NCBI GenBank assembly: GCA_963741955.1
Contig: CAVUKB010000007.1
Span: 416,001 to 480,000 of the forward strand
Length of the DNA: 64,000 bases
Reading direction: 5' to 3'
Source of the DNA: an uncultured Acidobacteriota bacterium
GTDB lineage: Bacteria; Acidobacteriota; Thermoanaerobaculia; Gp7-AA8
Shown: positions 30,481 to 41,305 of the stretch, piece by piece
How positions within the stretch are numbered: the first letter of the stretch is position 1
Layout of the letters: the number at the start of each line of letters is the position of its first letter
Program-made: the position numbers and the translations under genes
The notes under the pieces: model-generated
Database searches by the model: none
What the model was told of the DNA's origin: nothing
Seen by the model: the letters and a program-made list of their open reading frames with translations, nothing else

Positions 30481-30740
30481 GGGGGAATCGGAATACAAGG
30501 GAGTCGTGGTGAAGGATCGCCCTCGGCCAAGTTCGGTGAGTGGATCTTGAGCGGAGTACCAAACGTATTCGGCGGGTTCCGAAACAGTCGCCTCGACCGA
30601 GAGAGTGGCAGATTCACCGTAATGAACTTCCGTGTCCTTAGGGTCGCTCGTCACGATAGGCCAGAGGCACTGCGGCACCGAACATTCGAGTGAGAGGTAG
30701 TACTCCCCGCCGGCGCCCTCGTCCTGAGTCGTGGCGGTCA
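30481..30740 (-). pseudogene. Fragment of an Ig-domain surface protein
   Basis: PIVTSDPKDTEVHYGESATLSVEA...YVWY...SFTTTPL; breaks off at the RAYT end repeat. Confidence 0.6.
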
Positions 30741-30916
30741 GGTCATAGGCTCCGGCCTGGTTGAAAGTTCCTCAAAGTTCCTTTTGTTGCAGGAGGCTCG
30801 GGCGCAGAGCGTCTTCTGTCGGATTACCCCCATTCGCATGCGCCTCCACGGCGCGAGGTTTCCGCGCGTCGGAGTGCTTCGGCGACGGCCGGAAGAAGAC
30901 GAAGCTCGGGCCCCGC

Positions 30917-33157
30917 TCAATCGACCGGCTCGATCGTCACCGGAGAGGTCCAGGGGAACGGGATGGTCGTCGCGAGTGCGGCGAAGGAGGGATCGCGCAG
31001 CGCCGTCCCGCGAACCGACGCCAGAACCCGCAACGGCGCCGGAGGAAGGTTCGCCGCCCGCCACACTCCGTGCGCATCGCTCGCCACCTCACTCCACGTC
31101 GCGATGGCGAGAGGAATCCCGGTCAGCTCGACGCCTTCCAGCCACGCAGCGATCTGCGCCGAGCCGCCGGTCACCAGCGTCAACGGCGGGGCGGGTGGCT
31201 CGAGTGTCCACTGCGCCGTCTCATTCCCCCACCGGCGCACGAGCGTTGCCCCCTCCCGGTGCCTCACCAGGAGCAGCGACCGATCCGCCGCGTCGGGAAT
31301 CTCCACCGACCCAGCTCCGTCCGCCACCCCGCGCCAGAGTGGATTCAGTCCGGAGTCGAACGCCCAGACCTCAGCCCCGGCCGCTCCGCGCCCGCCGGCG
31401 AGCGCGATGTGCAGCGTCGCCGAAGCCGAAGTCTTTCGCAGTCGGATCTCCACCTCCCCAGTGCGGTTCGAATCATCGAGGATCATGTCCACAGTTTCGC
31501 CTGGATCATAGTGTTCGGCACGGACCGCGGCGTGCACCTTCCCGCTTCGCAAGGGAGGAAAAACGACCACGCCCTCCGCGTCGCTCTGCAGACGGAGAAC
31601 CGTCGTCTGCTCTTCGCCCCGATCGTCGATCCATATGTTTCCCACCGTCGCAGCGGCACCGGCAATTCCGCGTCCGGTCGACGCGTCGACCACGCGGATC
31701 TTCCAGTCGGTGCGCGGGATGCGGAAGTCGACGGTCCCGCTCTCCTCGATCCGCCGGAACGGTTCGAGCCAGGGAGGGAGGGAGAGCTCCTTCAGTCGAA
31801 CCCGGACGGTATAGGTCCCGTCGTACCAGAGCGTCGTTTCGTACGATCCGTCTTCCGCGGTCTCCACCCGCACCCACTCCGCGCCATTGCGGAACGAGAT
31901 CTCGGCGGGAACCGGGTCGTCGCCGTAGACGACGTCGCCGTGAATCCGGAGAGGATGGAGATCGAAGACGGCGTCTCCGTCGTCGCCCGAGCCGAGATCG
32001 ATCGGCTGGCGGAGTTGCCATCTCCCCAGCTGCAGGGTGACGTCGAGCCGTTCCGCGGGGAGTGCGGGAAGGGTCTGGGCTCCGGTGTGCGCCTCGACTC
32101 GCCTCACTTCCCCTCGATCGGAAGCGCGACGGATCACGAACCGGGCATCTTCGGGAATCGAACCGTCGGGGACCAGGATCGAGACCCGGGCGGAGGGGAG
32201 AGCCCGGCCGGTTGTGCGAAGCGTCGTCACCCGGCCGGGACGGAGTCGCAGCTCGCGGTCGGGGATGAACATCGAATCCGATGCGACGTGCATCGTCGCG
32301 ATGCCGGGGGTGACGCCGTACCAGATCGCGATGGTGCGCTCGAATCCGTCGATGAGGACATCCGGCTCGCGCGAGCCGTCGTTCTCTCTCAGGCGCATGG
32401 TCACTCCGCCGGCGCTGGAGCGGCGTGCGGCGGGAGGTTTTTCGACCACCACGAGAACGTCCGCGGTGTCGTGCGGCGGGTCGGGCCAGACGCGGGCCGT
32501 GGCTCCCTCGCCGAGATCGATCGGCCGCGAGATCGCGAGCGCGTCCCCCCGGGAATCGAACCGGCCGACGACGATTCTTCCCGCGGGCATCCTCGCCGGA
32601 TCGTGAATGTGCTCCGCGGCAATCCGTCGTTCGAAGATCCTCCCGCGGCCGCCTATCCGGTGGTTGCCGTCGACACTCACGAGGCGGATGCTCTCGCCTG
32701 CGGCGGGAGTGTGCTCCGGCGGAATGGAGACCTGACCCGCACGGACCAGGATGTCGAAGACGGCCGTTCCGCGCCCCTCGAACGGAACGTCGGTGAAGAA
32801 CAGGACCGAAGGCATCGCACTGATCCGTCCGTTCCCCTCGAGCCAGTACGTGTAGTTTCCCTCAGCCGGCCGGAACCATCGTCCGCAGGGAGCGGTGGTC
32901 TCGCGATCCGATGCGCCGCGGGGGACGAGGTGGACGCGGCAGCCCTCGGCCGGGAGGAGCGCCGCGTCTCCGAGCGTTTCCACCGGGCCGCGGGTGGGCC
33001 AGAAGAGGATCGCCCGCCGGCCGTCGATCTGCCCGGTGGACGGATCGGGCGGGCGGATCGCTCCCGCGGCGAGCGGCGCGGCGACGAGGAGCGTCGCGAG
33101 GAGCGTCAGAAGATGCTTTGTGTCGTGCAGCATTCGACGTTGTCCATGCTTCCGCAT
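30917..33157 (-). CDS. Secreted protein with carboxypeptidase-regulatory-like beta-sandwich domains
   Basis: Signal peptide; RVVDASTGRGIAGA, SDAEG, TAEDGSY motifs. Confidence 0.75.
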   Translation of the reverse strand: MRKHGQRRMLHDTKHLLTLLATLLVAAPLAAGAIRPPDPSTGQIDGRRAILFWPTRGPVETLGDAALLPAEGCRVHLVPRGASDRETTAPCGRWFRPAEGNYTYWLEGNGRISAMPSVLFFTDVPFEGRGTAVFDILVRAGQVSIPPEHTPAAGESIRLVSVDGNHRIGGRGRIFERRIAAEHIHDPARMPAGRIVVGRFDSRGDALAISRPIDLGEGATARVWPDPPHDTADVLVVVEKPPAARRSSAGGVTMRLRENDGSREPDVLIDGFERTIAIWYGVTPGIATMHVASDSMFIPDRELRLRPGRVTTLRTTGRALPSARVSILVPDGSIPEDARFVIRRASDRGEVRRVEAHTGAQTLPALPAERLDVTLQLGRWQLRQPIDLGSGDDGDAVFDLHPLRIHGDVVYGDDPVPAEISFRNGAEWVRVETAEDGSYETTLWYDGTYTVRVRLKELSLPPWLEPFRRIEESGTVDFRIPRTDWKIRVVDASTGRGIAGAAATVGNIWIDDRGEEQTTVLRLQSDAEGVVVFPPLRSGKVHAAVRAEHYDPGETVDMILDDSNRTGEVEIRLRKTSASATLHIALAGGRGAAGAEVWAFDSGLNPLWRGVADGAGSVEIPDAADRSLLLVRHREGATLVRRWGNETAQWTLEPPAPPLTLVTGGSAQIAAWLEGVELTGIPLAIATWSEVASDAHGVWRAANLPPAPLRVLASVRGTALRDPSFAALATTIPFPWTSPVTIEPVD

Positions 33158-33242
33158 CCGTCAATCAACTGAACGCACGCCCTCTCGGGTTCGGAGGGAA
33201 TATTCGGCGTACAGTAGCCCTCGTACCACCCGATCACGAAGA

Positions 33243-34639
33243 GCGTATCGCGCCAAACTAAATCTGACCGAAGGGAGAATCGTCGCGCCAAAAAGAATCT
33301 GACCGGGGCATCCTCTGCGGGGGAGGGTGCGATGAAGGCGAAAGATCGACACGAACAGGCACGGCGACTCTCGGAACGATACCGGAAGGCAGGGCGGAAG
33401 GAGAAAGCGATGATCCTCGACGCGTTCTGCATGGCAGCGGGGCTGAACCGCAAGTATGCGATCTCATTGCTCCGCAACCGCCTGAGAAGAACGGCCGGAG
33501 GCGGGGACGACCTGGACGGAAGAAGAAGTATTCGGCCGCGGTGATCGACGTGCTCGAGGGCATCTGGGAAGCGGCCGATTATCCATGGTCGGTGAGGCTC
33601 AAATCGATGCTCCGGTTGTGGCTGCCGTACGTGAAGAATCTATCCTCAGAGGTCGAGCAGGCCGTGCTCGAGATCAGCCCACGATCGATCGACCGCTACC
33701 TGCGGGAGCGGCGGACGGCGGATCGGCGGAAGCTCTACGGTCGAACCAAGCCCGGCACGCTTCTCAAGCATCACATCCCGATCCGCACCGATCGGTGGGA
33801 TGTCCGGGATCCCGGCTGGTGTGAGATCGATCTGGTGTCGCACTCCGGGCCGTGTGCCGATGGCGAGTTCGCCCACTCACTGAACTTCACCGACATCCAC
33901 TCGACTGGACGAGACCCGGGCGGTTCTGAGTAAAGCCCAGACCGGTATCGTCGCGGCGATCGACTGCATCCGGGTTGCGCTGCCCTTCCGTCTTCTCGGA
34001 ATAGACTCTGACAACGGCAGTGAGTTCATCAACGGTCATCTCTATCGGTACTGCCTCCGCACAAGGTTCAGTTCACCCGGGGACGGCCGTACAAGAAAGA
34101 CGACAACGCGCACATCGAGCAGAAGAACTGGACCCACGTGCGACGGCTCGTAGGCTGGGAGCGGATCGATACCCGTGCGGCCGTGGACGCGTTGAACGAT
34201 CTCTATGCGAAGGAGTGGCGGCTGATGATGAACCTGTTTCAGCCCTCGGTGAAGCTCATCCGGAAGGAACGAATCGGCTCTCGTACACGGCGCGTCTACG
34301 ATGCGCCCCGCACGCCCCTCGATCGCCTCCTCGCCGACAATCCGCGTTCTCCCGAGCTCGCCCGTCTCGCTGCGCTCCGTGCGGCGCTCAACCCCTTCGA
34401 ACTATCCGACATCATCGAACGAAAGCTCGCCCGCGTTCACCACCTCAACGGAAAAAGCTCGACGCGAGCACGCTCTCTGAACCGTCGCACCCTCTCCTCG
34501 ACCTCCCCCTCGAGGGGGAGGACGCCACCACCCCGAGGTCCACCGATGCCAGCGTCTAAGAAGCCAAACCAACGACCCCCTTCGGTCAGATCCAATCTGA
34601 GCGACGATCCCCCCTAAAGTCAGATTTTATTGACGGACA
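33243..34639 (+). mobile_element. Decayed DDE insertion sequence (ISNCY/IS481-like integrase core); transposase 33332-34617 split by about 3 frameshifts
   Basis: EIDLVSH, DSDNGSEFIN, RPYKKDDNAHIEQKN; doubled AATCTGACCG at left end and doubled GTCAGAT at right end finishing in ACA. Confidence 0.88.
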
Positions 34640-34762
34640 GGTACAGTGCGTGTTGCACACCATCCCGTCCTGGGTGAAGGGTCGGCAACTGCCGCTCAAT
34701 GGATTTGAAGTCGCCATCCCCAGGAGCACCGCCATTCCAATCCACCTCTGAACCGATCCCAT
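34640..34762 (-). pseudogene. 5' stub of a secreted Cys-containing protein cut by the IS right end
   Basis: MGSVQRWIGMAVLLGMATSNPLSGSCRPF...CNTHCTC then runs into the IS terminus. Confidence 0.4.
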
Positions 34763-34973
34763 TAGATTCTCGTTCGCTGTCGTTGTCCATCGACGTGCTC
34801 TCCGATTGACACGCAAAACCACCTCGTTGAGTGACCGGAGAGCGGTTTAAAGGTCTCTATCATTAGAGTACCGCGAGAAGGGCCTTTCGGTACCCCCTGG
34901 CCGGAAAAAGGTGGCTCCAGCGAGGCGAGGGCGAGGAAGTCGCGTCGAAGGACGACGGGCTCGAGTGTCTATA

Positions 34974-35236
34974 GAAGTTCGGGGTCATAGAAGTTCGGGG
35001 TCACACCTAAAAAAAGAATAAATTCGGCCGACGAGGCGACGTGTTTCTCGGCCAGGAAGATCGGTGGCTTCGGGCCAGGAAGATCGGGGCCAGGCCTTCG
35101 ATTCTCGCTTACAGGTGTAAGCGACTCGATGGTCTGTAGCTAGCGACACGGTGACTTTGACTCTGAACGGAGAAAGCGGTGTGAGCGCGTCGCTTCTCGG
35201 ATAATTCGTAAGATGCTCGATCGAATGCGGCGTAGT
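34974..35236 (+). repeat. Composite RAYT-end repeat: (GAAGTTCGGGGTCA)x2, poly-A module, 160-bp end repeat
   Basis: 34990-35048 matches 39939-39995; 35079-35236 matches the 28705 unit. Confidence 0.9.
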
Positions 35237-35299
35237 CATTGCTCCGGGGGTGCCGGCACATGCATCCCGTGGATTCCAGGACACCGATCGGTGTACGCT

Positions 35300-35485
35300 A
35301 TGCAGGTGAAGCGCCGGGAGCTGGAGCGGGAACTGTCGGAATGTGGCTGGGGGCTCCTTCGCAGCGGCGGACGACACGACCTGTGGACCGATGGAGAACG
35401 GGAAGAGGCGGTTCCCCGCCACCGGGAGATCAACGAGAGGCTGGCTCGCGCGATTCTGCGCCGCGCCTGTGGAAAGAAGACATGA
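35300..35485 (+). CDS. hicA: HicA-family mRNase toxin
   Basis: VKRRELERELSECGW.LLRSGGRHD...VPRHREINERLARAIL; ATGA overlap with hicB. Confidence 0.9.
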   Translation: MQVKRRELERELSECGWGLLRSGGRHDLWTDGEREEAVPRHREINERLARAILRRACGKKT

Positions 35486-35898
35486 GATTCGAAGGAAGAC
35501 TCATCCGTGACGGAAAGTGGTGGCTCGCGGAGATCCCACTGCTCGACGCCATGACGCAGGGACGGAGCCGGAAAGAGGCTCTTCTGATGATCGGCGACTG
35601 GATCGAGACCATGGTCGATCGGAAGGGGTTCCGCGCGAACGTCTTTCCGCGGGGAAAGATGGAGTTCGAGGTTGCGGGAAGTGACACGGCTGCGATGACG
35701 GCCCTTCTGCTGCGCCGCCGGCGCGAAGCGAGCGGCCAGTCCCTTCGCGACATCGCGTCGCGCCTCGGCGCCTCATCGAGGAACGCGTACGCGCGCTACG
35801 AGCGCGGCGACGCGGTTCCGACCATCGAGAAACTCGACGCTTTGCTGAAGGCCACCTCACCGAACGGCGACTTCGTGATCCGGGAATCGGGGAGCTGA
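35482..35898 (+). CDS. hicB: HicB-family antitoxin with C-terminal HTH
   Basis: WLAEIPLLDAMTQGRSRKEAL; HTH with YARYERG..PT. Confidence 0.88.
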   Translation: MRFEGRLIRDGKWWLAEIPLLDAMTQGRSRKEALLMIGDWIETMVDRKGFRANVFPRGKMEFEVAGSDTAAMTALLLRRRREASGQSLRDIASRLGASSRNAYARYERGDAVPTIEKLDALLKATSPNGDFVIRESGS

Positions 35899-36620
35899 TC
35901 CGGAGACGTCTCCGAAGGGCGTTCGATCGGGTCGTGCCGTTCGAGCTTCGATCGAGTTTCCCGTGGATTTCCAGAGGCAGAGGAAGTGCGCAGCGGACGC
36001 TCTGTCTCTGGACGGAACGGACGATCCGCGGGGGACGAACAAGGGCTGTGATCAACGCCAGGATGGGTTTCAGCAAATCCGTGACACACGGCCCGAGGAA
36101 GAGGGCCAGCCGCCCGGGAAAGAGGGCCAGGCCTTCGCTTCTCGGTCGATGCCCATAACATCCTGCGCGGAGACGGCTTCTCCGCGAATGGCAATCGTGC
36201 CATTCCTCGAGGGAGGCCGCTGAGACCCGGGTGAAGCTGATCGCCGGTGGAGTCCGGCGCGTGCGCCGCGTCGATCCCTGGGGGCGAAGTTCCGTGCGCA
36301 CGGCAAGTCCGGAGGTTTCGGTTCCTCGTAGAATTCAGATTCGGCGGCGGAGTTCGGCGGCGAAGCTCGGTGGCGGGATCGGTTCGTCGGGTCCATGGCG
36401 ACACGATCGACAGGATCCATGCGTCCGAGAAGCGGAGAAGGTTCCCTGGCCCCCCATGCCCGATCGCAGGACTTGCGTACCCGGAAACACGCGCAGCCGT
36501 TCGCGCACTTCGCGCTCCGCGTGAGCAGCCGTGACATGGAACGGAGTCGCACCGGCGGACTCCCGCCGGGGACTGAACCGGAACGGCTGAGTAGGGTAAC
36601 ATCGACGGATCGAGAACCAC

Positions 36621-39605
36621 ATGGCCCTCCCTTTCGAAGTGAATTCCGGATCGCGTCGGATGCGCCGCCACGGGCGCGCTGCCACGCGCGCTCGCGTCGC
36701 CAGGTTCGCAGTCGCTCTGCTCTTCGTCGTTCTCCCCTCGGCGGTTCTTTCGCAGACGACCAACCGTCACGACCCTGCCCAGGCCCTCACGCAGTACAAG
36801 ATCGACCTCTGGCAGACAGAGCAGGGGCTCCCGCTCAACACGGTTCAGTCGCTGTTGCAGACGAGCGACGGCTACCTCTGGGTCGGCACCGGCGGCGGGC
36901 TCGCGCGATTCGACGGCGTCCGCTTCACCACCTTCGAAACGGCGCAGGTTCCGGAGCTCTCGACGCAGGGCATCTTCGGCCTGATGGAAGACGCGCAGCG
37001 GAACCTCTGGATCGGCGTTTCGGGCGCGGCGTTCATCCGCCGCAACGGCCGCTTCGAGCGCGCCTTCGGCCGCGAGGTGACGAACGGCCGGCGCGTCTGG
37101 TCGTTCGCGCAGGCGAAGGACGGCGCGATCTGGGCGGCGACCGAGAATGGCCTCATCCGGTGGAAGAGCGGCGTCGCGAGACTCTACGGAAGGCGGGACG
37201 GCCTTCCCACGCTGCGCCTGCGATCGATCGCGATCGATCGCGACGGAACGATCTGGCTCGCGACCGCGGACGAGGGGCTCGTGTCGTTCGACGGCGCGCG
37301 TTTCACGTCCCTGAACCCCACGAACGGGTTTCCGAATCGCGCCGTGCGCGCGGTCCTTGCCGATCCCGAGGGAGGGGTCTGGGCCGCGACGGCAGGCTCC
37401 GGTCTCGCCCGCGTGCAGCGGGGTCAGGTCTCTGTGTGGGGAGTGGACGACGGGCTTCCCACGGATCAGTTGACGTCGCTCTCACGCGACGCCAACGGCT
37501 CCCTCTGGATCGGCACGTGGGGCGCGGGACTCTGTCGGTTCCGCGACGGGAAGTTCTCGTCGATCTCCACTCCTAACGGCCTCGCCGGCAGCCAGCTGTG
37601 GTGCGTCTATGCCGACCACGAGGGAAACATCTGGGTCGGGACCTGGGTCGGTGGTCTCAACCGGCTTCGGGATCGTGAGTTCCTCGTCCTCGGCACGCCC
37701 GAGGGTCTCTCGCACGACAACGTCCGTGCGGTCATCCACGCGCGCGACGGTGCCGCGTGGGTGACGACCGGCGGCGGCGGCGTGAACAGAATCACCAGTG
37801 CCGGCATCACGGTCATCCGGCAGTCCGACGGGCTCCCGAGCGACGAGGCCTCGACGATCATGGAGGACCGCGACGGCGCGATCTGGGTCGGCACCTACAC
37901 AGCCGGTCTGGCGCGACTGAAGGACGGCCGCATCGAAACGTTCGGGCTCGATGAGGGAGTTCCCAACGTCGACGTCCGCGAGATCTATCAGGACCGTTCC
38001 GGAACGATCTGGGCGGGCACGATGTCGGGACTCGCGACGTTCAACGGGAAGGGGTTCACCGCGGTCCGCGCCCCGGGCGCGCCTCCCGAAGGAGCGTCGG
38101 TCATTCTCGAGGACCGTTCCGGGACGCTCTGGTTCGGTACGAACGACGGCCTGGCGCGGTATCGCGACGGCAGGTTCGAGACGCTGAGGCGCGCCGACGG
38201 CCTTCTCTCGAACTGGATCATGTCGCTGTACGAGGATGCGGACGGCGCACTCTGGATCGGCACGAACGGCGAAGGCCTGAATCGTCTGAAGAACGGCCGT
38301 CTCTGTTCGGTCCGCGCCGCGGATGGTCTGTGGGATCCCCTGGTCCAGGTCATCCTCGAGGACCACTTCGGTAATTTCTGGATCACGTGCAACCGCGGCT
38401 TCTACCGCGTGAGACGAAAGGACCTCGACGCGTTCTGCGACGGGCAGATCACGAAAGTCACCTCCGTCGGCTACGGTCCGGGAGACGCGCTTCGCAGCAC
38501 GACGTTTGCCGGCGGGCTTCAGCCGGCCGGCGCAATCGATTCCGAGGGGCATCTCTGGCTCCCGTCGTTCAGCGGACTCGTTCTCGTCGACCCCGCCGAT
38601 CTCCCCGGCTCGGGAGAACCGCCCTCGGTGATTCTGGAACAGGTGCTCGTCAACGGCGTCGAACGTCCCCTCGACGGCCCGATCGTTCTTCCGCCCGGTT
38701 CCGCGCCGTTGTCGATCACCTACACCAGCACGACGCTTCGCGTCGCGGACCGCGTCCGCTTCCGCTACAGGATGGAAGGGAGTGGAGTCGGATGGGTCGA
38801 CGCGGGGCGCAACCGCGAAGCGTTCTTTCCGACTCTCCCGCACGGCCGTTATCTGTTTCGCGTCGCCGCATCCATCGACGGCGTCCACTGGCGCGAGATC
38901 GCGACGCCGCTGAACGTCACCGTCAAGCCGCACGTCTACGAAACGCCGTGGTTCCTCGCGCTCGCGATTCTCGCGCTCGTCGGACTCGTGGTCGGCGTGA
39001 TGAAGTGGCGGACGCGCAGTCTCCGGCGGCAGAAGGCCGAGATGGAGCGGCTGGTCCAGGAGAAGACCGAGGAGCTGCGGCGCGTGAACGAGCACCTTTC
39101 GGAGTTGTCGTTCGTCGATCCGCTCACCGGGCTCGCGAACCGCAGGCGCTTCGACGAGGCGCTGGAGCAGGAATGGCAGCGCGCGCGCAGATTCGGAACT
39201 CCGGTGTCGGTCGTCGTCGCGGACGTCGATCTGTTCAAGCCTTTCAACGACACGCTCGGCCATCCCGAGGGGGACAAATGTCTCGCCGCGGTGGGAGACG
39301 TGCTGCTGCACACGAGCAGGCGCGCCGGTGATCTGGTGGCACGTTACGGCGGCGAGGAGTTCATCGTGCTCGTGCCGGGAGTCGACAAGGAATCGGTGGT
39401 GACGTTCGCGGAGGCGCTTCGCGCTGCATGCGAGGCGCGCGCGATTCCGCATCCTGCATCCGATGTCGCGCCGATCGTCACCATCAGCCTCGGCGTCGCG
39501 ACGAAAGTTCCTGCCGACGGGGTTACCGCGCGCGGGCTCGTCGCCGAGGCCGACGCGGCGCTGTACCGCGCGAAGCGCGAGGGGCGGAACCGGGTGTGTA
39601 GTTAG
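36621..39605 (+). CDS. Membrane diguanylate cyclase with periplasmic beta-propeller and Y_Y_Y sensor
   Basis: Repeated DGLP/G.LWIGT units, TM helix, DPLTGLANRR, RAGD I-site, GGEEF. Confidence 0.94.
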   Translation: MALPFEVNSGSRRMRRHGRAATRARVARFAVALLFVVLPSAVLSQTTNRHDPAQALTQYKIDLWQTEQGLPLNTVQSLLQTSDGYLWVGTGGGLARFDGVRFTTFETAQVPELSTQGIFGLMEDAQRNLWIGVSGAAFIRRNGRFERAFGREVTNGRRVWSFAQAKDGAIWAATENGLIRWKSGVARLYGRRDGLPTLRLRSIAIDRDGTIWLATADEGLVSFDGARFTSLNPTNGFPNRAVRAVLADPEGGVWAATAGSGLARVQRGQVSVWGVDDGLPTDQLTSLSRDANGSLWIGTWGAGLCRFRDGKFSSISTPNGLAGSQLWCVYADHEGNIWVGTWVGGLNRLRDREFLVLGTPEGLSHDNVRAVIHARDGAAWVTTGGGGVNRITSAGITVIRQSDGLPSDEASTIMEDRDGAIWVGTYTAGLARLKDGRIETFGLDEGVPNVDVREIYQDRSGTIWAGTMSGLATFNGKGFTAVRAPGAPPEGASVILEDRSGTLWFGTNDGLARYRDGRFETLRRADGLLSNWIMSLYEDADGALWIGTNGEGLNRLKNGRLCSVRAADGLWDPLVQVILEDHFGNFWITCNRGFYRVRRKDLDAFCDGQITKVTSVGYGPGDALRSTTFAGGLQPAGAIDSEGHLWLPSFSGLVLVDPADLPGSGEPPSVILEQVLVNGVERPLDGPIVLPPGSAPLSITYTSTTLRVADRVRFRYRMEGSGVGWVDAGRNREAFFPTLPHGRYLFRVAASIDGVHWREIATPLNVTVKPHVYETPWFLALAILALVGLVVGVMKWRTRSLRRQKAEMERLVQEKTEELRRVNEHLSELSFVDPLTGLANRRRFDEALEQEWQRARRFGTPVSVVVADVDLFKPFNDTLGHPEGDKCLAAVGDVLLHTSRRAGDLVARYGGEEFIVLVPGVDKESVVTFAEALRAACEARAIPHPASDVAPIVTISLGVATKVPADGVTARGLVAEADAALYRAKREGRNRVCS

Positions 39606-39630
39606 GGTGTTCAGCGCGGGTAGAGCCTCG

Positions 39631-40044
39631 GGCCAGACCTAAAAAAGAAAAATTCGGCACGACAGTTGGAGGGGGCGCCGGACCGGACGAGTCCGTGAGC
39701 GATTCGACGTCTGCCGAGCGTTGCGCTCCGATCGAAACGGCACCATTCCCGTCACAAAACGCTCCGCTCCGGCCCGAAATGCGCGAATCAGAGCGATGGG
39801 CGTCAGACCCGTGGAGTATTCGTAACGCCTCGCCGTACCCCGTCCCGACTCCGAAGGCCACGGCAGAGACGGGGGGTCGTTACGAGAGAAGCTCGGCGGG
39901 AAGGACGGCGAGTCCGGGGTTGGCGATCGCCTTCGGGAGAAGTTCGGGGTCAAACCTAAAAAAGAAAAATTCGGCCGACGAGGCGACGTGTTTCTTGGAA
40001 CAAGATCGGGGCCAGGCCTTCGATTCTCGGTTGTAGGCCGGAAC
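39631..40044 (+). repeat. Further partial RAYT-end modules (ACCTAAAAAAGAAAAATTCGGC at 39637 and 39954; end motif at 40002)
   Basis: Direct matches to 34990-35110. Confidence 0.8.
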
Positions 40045-40202
40045 AAGATCGGGGTCAGGTCTTCGATTCTCGCTTGTACGTGTAAGCGACTCCACATCCG
40101 CCTCCGTGCCTTCGCACGAGCAGCAAACGAGGCGGAGAAGTCAAAGTCGCGACAGACAGTTGGAGGAGAGAGCCGAGAGGCGAAGCCCTGACCCCAAAGT
40201 TC
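40045..40202. mobile_element. Miniature non-autonomous derivative of the RAYT element
   Basis: Left 47 bp match 28907-28953; 40117-40202 match 30382-30466; termini GGGGTCAG...CTGACCCC. Confidence 0.75.
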
Positions 40203-40658
40203 CCTGCTCCCGCGACCTGGACCGGGGCCGAACTTTCAAGCACCCCCGCCCTCGATCACGCGACGCACGTCCAGCTCGCACTACTCGCACTACTCGCCCG
40301 AATCATCCGTGCTCCCAAAGTTTGGTAACTCATTCCCACGAAGCAACGCCCCTTCCCTCTCGCGCCGCGCCCAGTGCCGCAGGCACCTCAACCCGCGCGA
40401 AAACCCCTCTGACGTCAGGGCTGCCGGCAGATGGTCGAATTCCTTCGGTCGACGCCTTCGGCGCGGGTCCGAAGGACCGGTAGAGTATTTATCGAGTGTC
40501 GCTCTTCTACGCATTCAACGCGTGACGAACCTCTCAGAAACGCGTATACTCGGCCTTGCATGACGACGGAGGCATTGCGCCTCCACCAACCCGTTCACGA
40601 CGGGTGGTTTCTTCCGCAGCATGCGGCATGCGCCTTCACCTGACTGGAGGAAACAGTG

Positions 40659-41255
40659 ATGAACGAAGATTCGACCCTCGTCTCTCCCACCCCTTCCGAG
40701 CTCTCTGACCATTCCGTCCCCGACCCCTCCTCCGTCCCCTACTATCTCGGGGAGTACATCCGCGAGTGCCGCGAGCGGAAAGGGATCCGGTTCGGAGACA
40801 TCGCGCGGGCGATCGGTGTCCCCGCCACGGGCCGCGGCTGCCGCAACCTCGTCTCACTGGAGCGGCAACAGCTGAACAGGAAGCTCCTCGAGCGCGTCGC
40901 ACCGGTGATCGATCTCGATCTCGAACACGCCGCGAAGTTGATTCAGCGGTACAACGAGGAGACGAGAGCGGCCCGCGAGCGATGGCTCGACGCCGTCGTC
41001 CCCTGGACGCTTCACATCAAAGTCATGCCCGGCTTCTGGGTCGCTCGACCGATCGAGCCGGGAACGACCCTCGACGCAGCGAAGCGCGTAGCCGCCGCCG
41101 AGAGCCTTCGGATTCCGGGCAGTGTCGTGGTGCTCGAGATCTCGCGCCGGCTGAAGCTCGTCGTCCACAAAGGCGAGCATGTGAACACGCTGACCACCGG
41201 AGAGACGCCGCATATGAAGGTCGGTGGCACCTCGTTCGTGGTTCGGACGGAGTGA
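40659..41255 (+). CDS. Hypothetical protein with N-terminal Xre-like HTH
   Basis: GGAGG RBS; LGEYIRECRERKGIRFGDIARAIG. Confidence 0.7.
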   Translation: MNEDSTLVSPTPSELSDHSVPDPSSVPYYLGEYIRECRERKGIRFGDIARAIGVPATGRGCRNLVSLERQQLNRKLLERVAPVIDLDLEHAAKLIQRYNEETRAARERWLDAVVPWTLHIKVMPGFWVARPIEPGTTLDAAKRVAAAESLRIPGSVVVLEISRRLKLVVHKGEHVNTLTTGETPHMKVGGTSFVVRTE

Positions 41256-41305
41256 CCGTACGTCTCCGCGCTTCCATCGATCGCAAATGGACGAAAGGAG
41301 ATCCG

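Noticed and set aside
30761-33172. 803-aa plus-strand ORF and similar long ORFs (19587-21215, 37482-39452, 48428-50044, 59145-61049)
   Set aside because: Antisense shadows of real genes, typical of high-GC DNA; Arg-rich and without motifs.
33332-34617. Programmed frameshifting in the IS transposase
   Set aside because: About three separate breaks, some inside the catalytic core, without clear slippery sites; decay or sequencing error is more likely.
35900-36620. c-di-GMP riboswitch or hidden gene upstream of the GGDEF gene
   Set aside because: No convincing GEMM consensus or coding signal by eye; an Rfam cmscan would be needed.
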